Shown: positions 1 to 8,223 of the stretch, in pieces | Layout: each line of letters begins with the position of its first letter | How positions within the stretch are numbered: the stretch's first letter is position 1 | From: a phage | Sequence record: PX880099.1 | Direction: 5' to 3' (one strand) | Length of the DNA: 64,000 bases | The notes under the pieces: model-generated | Database searches by the model: none | What the model saw: only the letters and a program-made list of their open reading frames with translations | Told to the model about the DNA's origin: nothing | Made by a program: the position numbers and the translations under genes

Positions 1-792
1 TGGCTTTCAATGTCTAACATCACCTGTAATATCTTTGATTGTGTTGGTCAACCTGAATCTGGTCCAGGGACATTTTATGATGGATTCTTCCGTAGAGAAA
101 AATCTGTTCTTGAGATGGTTAACGTAAACTGTTACCCAGATGGCAAGACTATGGTTACTGGTCGCCCACAGTGGAGCCGTTGCCGTTACTCTGATATTCA
201 TCGTGTCAACTGTAATGTTGAAGCTAATATGTATACCAATATCGCAGGTGGTATTGGAGCTATTGTAGGGACAACTGGCAAAGTTTATTACTTAGAGCCT
301 AACCCTAGCCGAAACATTGATGGGATGCATTTCCCAACAGGGAAGGAGTTTGACAAAGGGGATATGATAGTCAAAGCGGATAATACGTTCTTCCTTGTAA
401 CAACAAGTGGGGCATACATTCCAGATATCCCAGCTTTCGGTATTCGAGCTACACAAGCAGGAGATACCTTCCTGACACAGAACTTGACTCCTAATGGGAC
501 AGCAACAAACGCTTCTTGGTTGTATCACTATCCTCTGTCAGCAGGAACACGTATCCGTATTCCTGGTGCTGGTGTAGGTGGAGCAGATTTGGACACAGTT
601 ATTACTCGTGCACCTTATCAAGATAATGATACGTGGACTAACCCAGTTAAAATAGACATTGCAGATCCAATTGTAACGCCTACGAGTGCTGGAGTTAGAA
701 TCAAAACCATACCTAACGATTCTAGTAATGTTTCTGTAGGTAATACTGCGGTTATTCGCCCAACGCCAGTGGTAGATGTGCCAACAACCTAA
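1..792 (+). CDS. tail-fibre or structural protein, C-terminal part (5' end probably outside window)
   Basis: Frame open to window start; no SD before ATG at 10; Thr/Asn/Gly-rich; lies in tail-fibre block; followed by G/C hairpin. Confidence 0.4.
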   Translation, partial: WLSMSNITCNIFDCVGQPESGPGTFYDGFFRREKSVLEMVNVNCYPDGKTMVTGRPQWSRCRYSDIHRVNCNVEANMYTNIAGGIGAIVGTTGKVYYLEPNPSRNIDGMHFPTGKEFDKGDMIVKADNTFFLVTTSGAYIPDIPAFGIRATQAGDTFLTQNLTPNGTATNASWLYHYPLSAGTRIRIPGAGVGGADLDTVITRAPYQDNDTWTNPVKIDIADPIVTPTSAGVRIKTIPNDSSNVSVGNTAVIRPTPVVDVPTT

Positions 793-800
793 TGGAAATA

Positions 801-828
801 GAGAGGGGGGAATCCCCCTCTTCTTCCA
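801..828 (+). terminator. stem-loop GAGGGGGG-aat-CCCCCTC with weak T tail
   Basis: Perfect inverted repeat directly after the stop at 792; T tail interrupted, so may be an attenuator. Confidence 0.4.
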
Positions 829-857
829 ATAGAATGGTCTAATAATAGGAGAGATAA

Positions 858-2882
858 ATGAATTTAACAAGACCTAATAGTGCGATAGCCGATCTAGTAG
901 AAGCTACTTATCGAAAACGTCGCAGTTTTGAGGCAGGTTTTACATTACGTAATTCCCGTGAAGTTTTGCTGTTAGCGGCAGAAGGGAATTATTACCAATG
1001 GAAAGGAACTTTTCCTAAAGTAGTTCCAGCAAACTCTACGCCAGCCACCACAGGTGGTATTTCTTCCCTTGCATGGCAAAGTGTTGGGACCGCTGATGAT
1101 ATAGCAATTATCAATGCCAAGTTTACGGCAATGCAGCAACAGATTGATGATCTGTCGGAAACAATACCTGAAGCTGGTAAATCGGCTTATCAGATCGCAC
1201 TTGATAATGGTTTTGTTGGAACAGAAGCACAATGGCTTGCTTCTTTGAAAGGGGATACTGGTGCTCAACTTAATATTAAAGGATCATTAGCAAGCACTAG
1301 TGAACTACCATCTACAGGTAACGTTGCAGGGGATGGTTATATCGTAGGTGATGTGATTTACGCTTGGGATGGTTCTGTTTGGAAACTTATTTCTTCTCTT
1401 GGGCCAGAAGGTAAATCAGCTTATGAGGTATGGTTGGCAGATGGTAATACAGGATCTGTTTATGATTTTCTTACCTCTATAAAAGGTGATAAAGGCGATG
1501 TTGGTCCTACAGGGCCACAGGGAGCACCTGGTGTTAACGCCAACGGTTTTGATTATCGTGGGGATTTGCCTTCTACAAGTAACTTACCACAACCTAACTC
1601 TGAAAACGTAAGCCAAGCTTATTCTATCAATGGTAATCTTTATGTCTCCAATGGGACAGCTTGGGTCAACATGGGTAATATTGTTGGTCCTCAAGGTCCA
1701 CAAGGTGAGGCAGGTAAAGACGGTCTAGATGGAACAGATGGAGATGAAGGGAAATCTGCATATCAAAGTTGGCTGGATGCTGGTAATGAAGGGACAGAAG
1801 TAGATTTTATTGCCTCGCTTAAAGGTCCAAAAGGAGACAAGGGAGAGCAAGGAGAACGAGGACCACAAGGCGAATTAGGTCCACAAGGACCAGTGGGTGC
1901 AACAGGATCAGGTTTAGAGATTATCGGGGTTCTGAACAGCGAAGCTGAACTTCCTCCGACTGGAGAAGTAGGTGATGCATATAAAATTAATAATGATTTG
2001 TATGTTTGGGTTCAAGATGCTACGGAATGGATGAATGTTGGCAGTCTTGGAGGAACATCAATTACAGCTAAAGGTCATGTTCCAAACAGTGAAGCTCTCC
2101 CTGTTTACAATAACTATGGCGATGCCTACTTAACTGAAGACACTAGTAATCTTTACATCTATACCTACGATCAAGACACCAATTCCGCATCTTTTGTTGA
2201 CATGGGAAGTATTAAAGGCGACAAAGGTGAAAAAGGGGATAAAGGAGATAAGGGTGATCCTGGAACAAACGGAACCAACGGTACTGATGGGACCAACGGT
2301 AAGGACGGCGCACAGTGGTTTGTAGCAACAACTAATCCAGTCGCAGGAGACGGTGTTATCAATGATTACGCCTTCAATACTACCACTGGAGCAGTGTTTA
2401 AGAAAACAGATTCTTCTACGTGGACACTTATAGGAACTCTTCCTAGTATACCAGAAGCTCCTCAAGACGGCTTGACGTATGGTCGTTCTGATGGAAACTG
2501 GATCGAAATATCAGGATCAGATCCTACGGAAGCTATAACGCCAACTAGAGTTACAGCAGGTTTCATGGAACTTGAAACAACTACTGCCAACTCTGGAGCA
2601 TCTTGGACTCCTTCTGGAACTTCCAATATGTATGTTGTTACAGTAACTGACGCTCTGACAGTTGGAGCATGGCCTGGTGTCACTGGCTCTACAAAACCTA
2701 AAGCGTTTTCAGCAATGATTTATTTGATTCAAGATACAACGGGACACACGGTTACACTAGATGCGTCTTATGGAGCACTAAATGATACAGAAATAGCAAC
2801 TACTGCTAACGCAGTAACAATTTTGCAATTAACGTATCCTGGTGTGGGTGATATCGTGGACATGGTTGTTGTAACACGATAA
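858..2882 (+). CDS. tail fibre protein with collagen-like Gly-X-Y repeats
   Basis: SD AGGAGA before ATG; several Gly-X-Y runs (e.g. GDKGDVGPTGPQGAPG); thrice-repeated module EGKSAY..WL..G..DF..SLKG. Confidence 0.85.
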   Translation: MNLTRPNSAIADLVEATYRKRRSFEAGFTLRNSREVLLLAAEGNYYQWKGTFPKVVPANSTPATTGGISSLAWQSVGTADDIAIINAKFTAMQQQIDDLSETIPEAGKSAYQIALDNGFVGTEAQWLASLKGDTGAQLNIKGSLASTSELPSTGNVAGDGYIVGDVIYAWDGSVWKLISSLGPEGKSAYEVWLADGNTGSVYDFLTSIKGDKGDVGPTGPQGAPGVNANGFDYRGDLPSTSNLPQPNSENVSQAYSINGNLYVSNGTAWVNMGNIVGPQGPQGEAGKDGLDGTDGDEGKSAYQSWLDAGNEGTEVDFIASLKGPKGDKGEQGERGPQGELGPQGPVGATGSGLEIIGVLNSEAELPPTGEVGDAYKINNDLYVWVQDATEWMNVGSLGGTSITAKGHVPNSEALPVYNNYGDAYLTEDTSNLYIYTYDQDTNSASFVDMGSIKGDKGEKGDKGDKGDPGTNGTNGTDGTNGKDGAQWFVATTNPVAGDGVINDYAFNTTTGAVFKKTDSSTWTLIGTLPSIPEAPQDGLTYGRSDGNWIEISGSDPTEAITPTRVTAGFMELETTTANSGASWTPSGTSNMYVVTVTDALTVGAWPGVTGSTKPKAFSAMIYLIQDTTGHTVTLDASYGALNDTEIATTANAVTILQLTYPGVGDIVDMVVVTR

Positions 2883-2884
2883 CA

Positions 2885-2910
2885 GAAGCCCCGAAAGGGG
2901 CTTTCTTTTT
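2885..2910 (+). terminator. rho-independent terminator
   Basis: AGCCCC-gaaa-GGGGCT hairpin followed by TTTCTTTTT. Confidence 0.65.
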
Positions 2911-2923
2911 ATGGAGGGTTTAA

Positions 2924-5599
2924 ATGTTTCCAATTCCAATATTTACTATTATGACCAGCACTGGTGTCGTTCCTCTGCCAGCAGGTATTGTTAAAAAAGT
3001 AATCACTTTAGATTACCCAGACAATGCTGGTAATTCTAACAGCAGTTTAGCAATTTTGCTTAATGATGGTAGATTGTTTACTCAAGGCGCAAACCTTTTT
3101 GGTGAGATTGCAGATGGAACTCGTAGTGCACGATTCAATAACTTCCACTTAGCTTCTACTGTAGTAGCGGATGTGTTTACCGCAGATCGTTGTTTTGTTA
3201 TTAAAACTAACAGTGGGGGATGGCAATATTCAGGATTGACAGCAGGATTGGTAGGATCTATAGCAGCAGGTGGTACGGACGCATGTGTAACTACTTGGAC
3301 CAGCTTTCCATCTGTAATAACAGGGACTATCTCTTTAGCCAATCTTAAAGAGGTTAAGGGAGGATATAACAACACTCTCTGGTTAATGAATAGTGGTGTT
3401 CTTTATGGATCAGGTCAAAACACAGTAGGTAGTTTAGGTGCAAGTACTACTAACGAAGTTTCTACTCCTCGTCAGATAACAAGTGCAGCAGTTGCTTTTG
3501 ATGCAGGTTACAACCAATGCTCTTATGTCAACAATGTGGGAACCTTGCGTGTTTGTGGAGCTAGTAAAGGTTTAGCAGGTAATAATAACACAACAACAGC
3601 TTTTGTCAATGCCAAGATATCCGCTACTGAAACAGTGTATGTCAAAGATTACATCAATACAGTTTCCCAGACAATAGTTGTAGGAGATACCTCCGGTGGC
3701 ACGGGTACAGTAAACTACTTATATGTTAGATCTAATACAGAAACAACCTACACTAAACTGGATACCTTTGCAGCAGGTTTCTCAACATGGAAGTTTCCAC
3801 CAAGCCGCCACTCTTTTTTCGTTGGGATCAATAATTCCTTGTGGGCTATTGGTAAGAACTACACTGCAAACTTAGGTTTGGGGTATGATTCTGCGAGCGG
3901 AGATCCACTCCAAGTGGGAAAACCAGTTAAACCTGAAGGAGTGGGTTCTTGGGATATAAACAAGCTCACAAGCGTTCATACGCTGAATATGGATGTTACT
4001 AACCAATTAGGTTATCAAGGAACCTTTTTCGTTTATAATGGAGATATGTATTATTCCGGTATTTGGAAAGATGGGAAAGCCTCGTATCTGTTCAATAGTG
4101 GTCTAAACTATAATAAATTCACACCAATAGCAAGCTCCGTGATTACGGGTGATATTCTGGCAACTGGCTTAACTACAGATTCTTTAGGAATTTGTATTGT
4201 AGGCGGAACTAAACAGTTGACACATTCTGTTAGCCCAGAAGGAGGTAAACTTTTCAATATTAAATACACTTCTTCTGCCCCTGCAAACATGACAATATCA
4301 TCTACTGGTTTAATGACTTTCCATGCAGAAGGTGGTTTTGATGCAGGTATGACAGCCTTAAACGCTGAAGGAACAACTTTATCAGATACCTCTGGAGGAT
4401 ATGCTTCAACATTGAGCGTTTACACTCCTAGCTTATCTGCAATGGATGTAGGAACAACACAAACAATGGTAGCAGAAATAACGCCAACAGGGGCAGCAAG
4501 CTTACCTGGTATGGTTGTTGAGTATTTCTCTAATGACCCTACGGTAGCAACAGTTGACCCCGTTACAGGCGTTATTACAGCAGTTGCTGATGGGGATTGT
4601 CGTATCGGTTGTAGAGCAACTTATCAAGGTGTGGTAACTGCCGAAGATAGTTCTTATCTCGCAGTGAATGCTGTGGTGATTGTGATGGACTATGATTTGA
4701 CGCAAGAAACTATTCCGGCGGATGTAAAGGTCAACAGGAGTAACCGTTATGCCAGGGCTTCTGGAGATATCCTTGTACCTACGGAGAGTTCTGCTCCCGT
4801 AGCACCTTTAGAATATGTTGGTACAACTCCACAAGGTAGACGTGTTGTAGCAGCCAACCGTACACATATCTTTATCAACAACAACTTGACAACAGCTTCC
4901 CCGTGGTTGAAGACGAACTTGACAGTCACGGCATCAACAATCAACTCTCCGGTTGGAACTACGGCTAACACTTACAAGTTAACACCTTCTACAACTTCAG
5001 GACAACATATTTTATCAGCAGTGAATACAGCTTCTGATATTACAGCAGGTAAGCACTGGGCGGCATCCGTATTCTTGAAGCCAGACGGGATCACTAAAGT
5101 GAAACTCAAATTGACTTCAGGAGATGAGATTAACGAAGGGACTTATGATCTTGTAGCTGGAACATTTACAGGTGCAGATGCAAACATAATCGATATGGGG
5201 AATGGTTGGTATCGTGTAATTCTACACAAAGTGACAGTTGCCAAACAAGCATCTATAACCTATGAGATTATAGCTTTGAATGCAAGTGGATCAGACACTT
5301 TCGCAGGAGATGGTACGGCAGGTCTTATTGCTTGGGTTCCACAGCTTGAGATGGGTGATATGACAAATCCAGTTTGGGCGGGGACACCATTTGTTTGTTC
5401 TTATGCACGAGACACTACCAGTGCTGTTACCTTCACTATTCCTAAGAATGGACATACTGGCGTGGACATTTACCACACTGATGGTACTGTGCAACGAGAG
5501 GTCTTCACTGGTACAGCTACAACTTGGATGTTGACGTTCACCGCCGCAAGTGCGGATTGGGGATCGAAGTTCATTACAGGTTTGAAATATTACGACTAA
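2924..5599 (+). CDS. large tail fibre or tail spike protein with Ig-like (Big_2-type) domain
   Basis: SD GGAGGG; 891 aa; Gly/Ser/Thr-rich repeats; motif SNDPTVATVDPVTGVITAVADG typical of bacterial Ig-like group 2 domains. Confidence 0.8.
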   Translation: MFPIPIFTIMTSTGVVPLPAGIVKKVITLDYPDNAGNSNSSLAILLNDGRLFTQGANLFGEIADGTRSARFNNFHLASTVVADVFTADRCFVIKTNSGGWQYSGLTAGLVGSIAAGGTDACVTTWTSFPSVITGTISLANLKEVKGGYNNTLWLMNSGVLYGSGQNTVGSLGASTTNEVSTPRQITSAAVAFDAGYNQCSYVNNVGTLRVCGASKGLAGNNNTTTAFVNAKISATETVYVKDYINTVSQTIVVGDTSGGTGTVNYLYVRSNTETTYTKLDTFAAGFSTWKFPPSRHSFFVGINNSLWAIGKNYTANLGLGYDSASGDPLQVGKPVKPEGVGSWDINKLTSVHTLNMDVTNQLGYQGTFFVYNGDMYYSGIWKDGKASYLFNSGLNYNKFTPIASSVITGDILATGLTTDSLGICIVGGTKQLTHSVSPEGGKLFNIKYTSSAPANMTISSTGLMTFHAEGGFDAGMTALNAEGTTLSDTSGGYASTLSVYTPSLSAMDVGTTQTMVAEITPTGAASLPGMVVEYFSNDPTVATVDPVTGVITAVADGDCRIGCRATYQGVVTAEDSSYLAVNAVVIVMDYDLTQETIPADVKVNRSNRYARASGDILVPTESSAPVAPLEYVGTTPQGRRVVAANRTHIFINNNLTTASPWLKTNLTVTASTINSPVGTTANTYKLTPSTTSGQHILSAVNTASDITAGKHWAASVFLKPDGITKVKLKLTSGDEINEGTYDLVAGTFTGADANIIDMGNGWYRVILHKVTVAKQASITYEIIALNASGSDTFAGDGTAGLIAWVPQLEMGDMTNPVWAGTPFVCSYARDTTSAVTFTIPKNGHTGVDIYHTDGTVQREVFTGTATTWMLTFTAASADWGSKFITGLKYYD

Positions 5600-5638
5600 T
5601 AAAAAAGGGAACCCGCAAAGGTTCCCTTTTCTTTTATA
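5598..5638. terminator. bidirectional rho-independent terminator between convergent genes
   Basis: AAGGGAACC-cgcaa-AGGTTCCCTT hairpin flanked by A-run upstream and T-run downstream; sits between + strand stop at 5599 and - strand stop at 5663. Confidence 0.7.
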
Positions 5639-5662
5639 AAAACTCTTTATAAATCAATAAGA

Positions 5663-6544
5663 TCAGAATGGAATATCATCATCGAAGTCCATTGGAGGTT
5701 CTTCTTGATTACTTGGTTCTGGTTGTGGTTCAGGTTTCTTCTCTTCTTTCTTCTCTTCTTTCTTAGGTTGTTCTGCGGAACCACGAATGGCAGCAGCAAC
5801 TTTATCAGACAGAGCCAGAACTTTACGAGCAGAGTCGATCAGATCTTCTACAGATACAGTCTTAATGGTATGGTCTTTACAAGCATTGAGGATAGCGTGA
5901 CCAACAGATGCCCCAAGATCATAATCATTAATATCAACACCACGAGATTCAGCAATTTCCGATTTCAGCGTGACAGTTGCAGATTGAACAACCCCAGCGA
6001 TATCGAAAGCATCGCCTTTAACACCATTACGAATCAGTTCCAGTGCACCATTTACTGCGTGACCAGTTTCCAGACCTACAGTATCACGTTTTTTATAGGA
6101 TTGCTTAGGAGCAGCATCGTTGGAACCCTTATTGCCAGAAGATTTGTTAGACTTCTGAACACCATCGGTAGACAATACTGTAATACGAGATTTTTTAGTA
6201 TTGTAGTAAGTTTTACCGCCTTTATTATCAACGCGATCAATATCAATACTTACTTCTACACCTTTTTCAATAGTGATCCAGTTATCACCTTCTTTGACTT
6301 GCAGGTTTTCATAACCTTCTTTCAGTTCAATGTCACCAAGAGAAATCCAAACACCTTTCTCATCTGGTTTAGCACCTTTCTCTTTCAGAACAAGAGAAGC
6401 TCGGTGAGTTGAAACAATCGTTTTTCCTTCCCAATGAAAAGTTTTAGGTTCAGCGAATTTATCCAGTTTAACGTAGTCTACGATACCAGTTGCATAAGTT
6501 ACGGTTTTGCCTTTACGATCAGTTTCAGTATTAATTACGGACAT
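5663..6544 (-). CDS. putative ssDNA-binding or replication protein with SSB-type C-terminal tip
   Basis: C-terminus EPPMDFDDDIPF matches the E. coli SSB C-terminal tip as I recall it; Lys/Glu/Pro-rich linker precedes it; N-terminal fold not recognised. Confidence 0.65.
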   Translation of the reverse strand: MSVINTETDRKGKTVTYATGIVDYVKLDKFAEPKTFHWEGKTIVSTHRASLVLKEKGAKPDEKGVWISLGDIELKEGYENLQVKEGDNWITIEKGVEVSIDIDRVDNKGGKTYYNTKKSRITVLSTDGVQKSNKSSGNKGSNDAAPKQSYKKRDTVGLETGHAVNGALELIRNGVKGDAFDIAGVVQSATVTLKSEIAESRGVDINDYDLGASVGHAILNACKDHTIKTVSVEDLIDSARKVLALSDKVAAAIRGSAEQPKKEEKKEEKKPEPQPEPSNQEEPPMDFDDDIPF

Positions 6545-6560
6545 TATTATCTCCTCTACA

Positions 6561-6953
6561 TTACATTAATTTTGCACAGAAAGAGCGGAGTCTTTCCATA
6601 TCATCTTGCTCTAACAGGTATTTACCTTTACCTATTCCAACTCCAATTTCACCATTAGGAAAATGAACTATTTGCACTGGGAAACCTCCGAGTTTAATTG
6701 TGGCAGCTTTGCCTTCTTCGTCTATAACGTTTCGGATTGTATCTTGCAGTGAAATGAATTCTTTGTTTGTAACAGTGGTTTCAATTATTTCAGATGTTTC
6801 AACACGAGCAGTTAGCTTCTTGTTTCCACCTTGAATAACCAAAATTTGAAAATAAAAAGAGTTGTCAAGACCTACAACATTTTTCTCAACTAGTGTCAAA
6901 CTGGTATAGTTTCCATAAACAGTTTCAACAGCTATCTTAGAACGTTCAGTCAT
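6561..6953 (-). CDS. hypothetical protein
   Basis: 130 aa ORF in co-oriented replication block; no family recognised. Confidence 0.5.
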   Translation of the reverse strand: MTERSKIAVETVYGNYTSLTLVEKNVVGLDNSFYFQILVIQGGNKKLTARVETSEIIETTVTNKEFISLQDTIRNVIDEEGKAATIKLGGFPVQIVHFPNGEIGVGIGKGKYLLEQDDMERLRSFCAKLM

Positions 6954-6998
6954 TGAATGCTATCCTATCATAAAATGTTTAATATTGTCAAGCTTTAA

Positions 6999-7595
6999 TT
7001 ACCAAGGAATATCATCTTCTTCTTCCGATTTGGTATCTACTTGAGGTGGACGTGGAACCTTAACCTCTTTAACAAAGCGAAGATATGGGAAACGCGTAGC
7101 GATTTTAATAACATGTTTGGCATCTTCTCTAACATCTTTGTGCAAGAAGCAGATCCCTGTTTCCAAAGTTGTTTCAAAATCTTTAGAGTAATAACAATCC
7201 TTTCCATCAAATGCAGCCTGGCAGATGGACAGATCAAACTCATTCAGAAAGGTTGTCATTACATTTGGGTCCATAATCATAAGGTTGCAAAGCTGACCAT
7301 CACGTTCAAATTCAAAAACGTGTTTAAGACCAGTAACACCCTCGTAGTTATCAGAAGCCTCTTTGTTTCCTAGTTTACGAATATTAGTTCCCATCAAAGC
7401 AGATGCAATCAAGTCTTGTATTTGCTCTTCTGATCGATGTGCAGGAAGAGACGTGTAAAAATCCAGATCACGTCCAGCAATATCAAGAATACGCCAATCA
7501 CGAACAGCACCGCCAGCCAAGACAGAATTAGGATCAGCGATCTTTAATACAGTAAGAATTTCTTTGGCAATATTGATTTGTTTTGATTTAGTCAT
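6999..7595 (-). CDS. putative Pol-beta-superfamily nucleotidyltransferase with SSB-tip-like acidic tail
   Basis: GGAVRD..DLDF motif resembles CCA-adding/poly(A) polymerase head domain; C-terminus EEEDDIPW resembles the SSB tip. Confidence 0.5.
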   Translation of the reverse strand: MTKSKQINIAKEILTVLKIADPNSVLAGGAVRDWRILDIAGRDLDFYTSLPAHRSEEQIQDLIASALMGTNIRKLGNKEASDNYEGVTGLKHVFEFERDGQLCNLMIMDPNVMTTFLNEFDLSICQAAFDGKDCYYSKDFETTLETGICFLHKDVREDAKHVIKIATRFPYLRFVKEVKVPRPPQVDTKSEEEDDIPW

Positions 7596-7806
7596 TGATA
7601 CGCTCCACAGTTACTTTAACAATATCGTCCATATTAATCTCATCTCCCAAGACTTCAATAACACCTTCCTCATAAAGTCGAGCACATTCTTCCCATACTT
7701 CTGCTTCCGTCATTCCACCTTCAATCTTATTTGCAAGACCTTTAATAACATCTTCATTTTGTTCATCAATAAGAATTGAAACATTAAAGCTCACTAGTTT
7801 ACGCAT
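7588..7806 (-). CDS. hypothetical small acidic protein
   Basis: 72 aa; SD GGAGAA before ATG; overlaps upstream gene by 8 nt. Confidence 0.5.
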   Translation of the reverse strand: MRKLVSFNVSILIDEQNEDVIKGLANKIEGGMTEAEVWEECARLYEEGVIEVLGDEINMDDIVKVTVERIND

Positions 7807-7816
7807 TGTTTTCTCC

Positions 7817-7984
7817 TTATACCTCTAAACGGAAAGTTTCTTTAGATACAAAATCGTATCCACCTTTTTCAAGCCAGCCATTGTAAACCTCATCGGCTTG
7901 AGACTCTATCATAAAATACCGAGTGGTAACTTCGTCTCCGACAATACGCACAATTTTATAGCAAATCATGATACCATTTCCCAT
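7817..7984 (-). CDS. hypothetical small protein (55 aa, below ORF-track cutoff)
   Basis: ATG overlaps stop of upstream gene (TAATG); fills an otherwise empty gap in a tightly packed operon. Confidence 0.35.
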   Translation of the reverse strand: MGNGIMICYKIVRIVGDEVTTRYFMIESQADEVYNGWLEKGGYDFVSKETFRLEV

Positions 7985-8175
7985 TAATCTTCCTCCAGAT
8001 CAATTTCATTATAACAATGTATGCAGAAACCATCATTGTGCATATGTTGTTCATAAGACATATCTTTACCACAAGACCAACAACGGATATCCCCATCGTC
8101 CCATTCACGTTCTTCTTCACCTTCAAATTCATCTGGTAGGTAAGGCATACCAAGACAATCTAAATCGTAATGCAT
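7984..8175 (-). CDS. small Cys-rich (zinc-ribbon-like) protein
   Basis: 63 aa with CWSCG and CIHC pairs; SD AGGAGG before ATG. Confidence 0.5.
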   Translation of the reverse strand: MHYDLDCLGMPYLPDEFEGEEEREWDDGDIRCWSCGKDMSYEQHMHNDGFCIHCYNEIDLEED

Positions 8176-8188
8176 ATCTCCTCCTATA

Positions 8189-8206
8189 AAGGGGCAGAAG
8201 CCCCTT
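8189..8206 (-). other. intercistronic stem-loop AAGGGGC-agaa-GCCCCTT
   Basis: Perfect hairpin between polymerase stop and next gene's SD; no T-run, so attenuator or processing site rather than full terminator. Confidence 0.4.
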
Positions 8207-8223
8207 ATAAAACAATGAGTTAA

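Noticed and set aside
5705-6412. 235-aa + strand ORF antisense to the SSB-like gene
   Set aside because: Phe/Leu-rich low-complexity translation with no SD, fully inside a well-supported - strand gene; shadow ORF.
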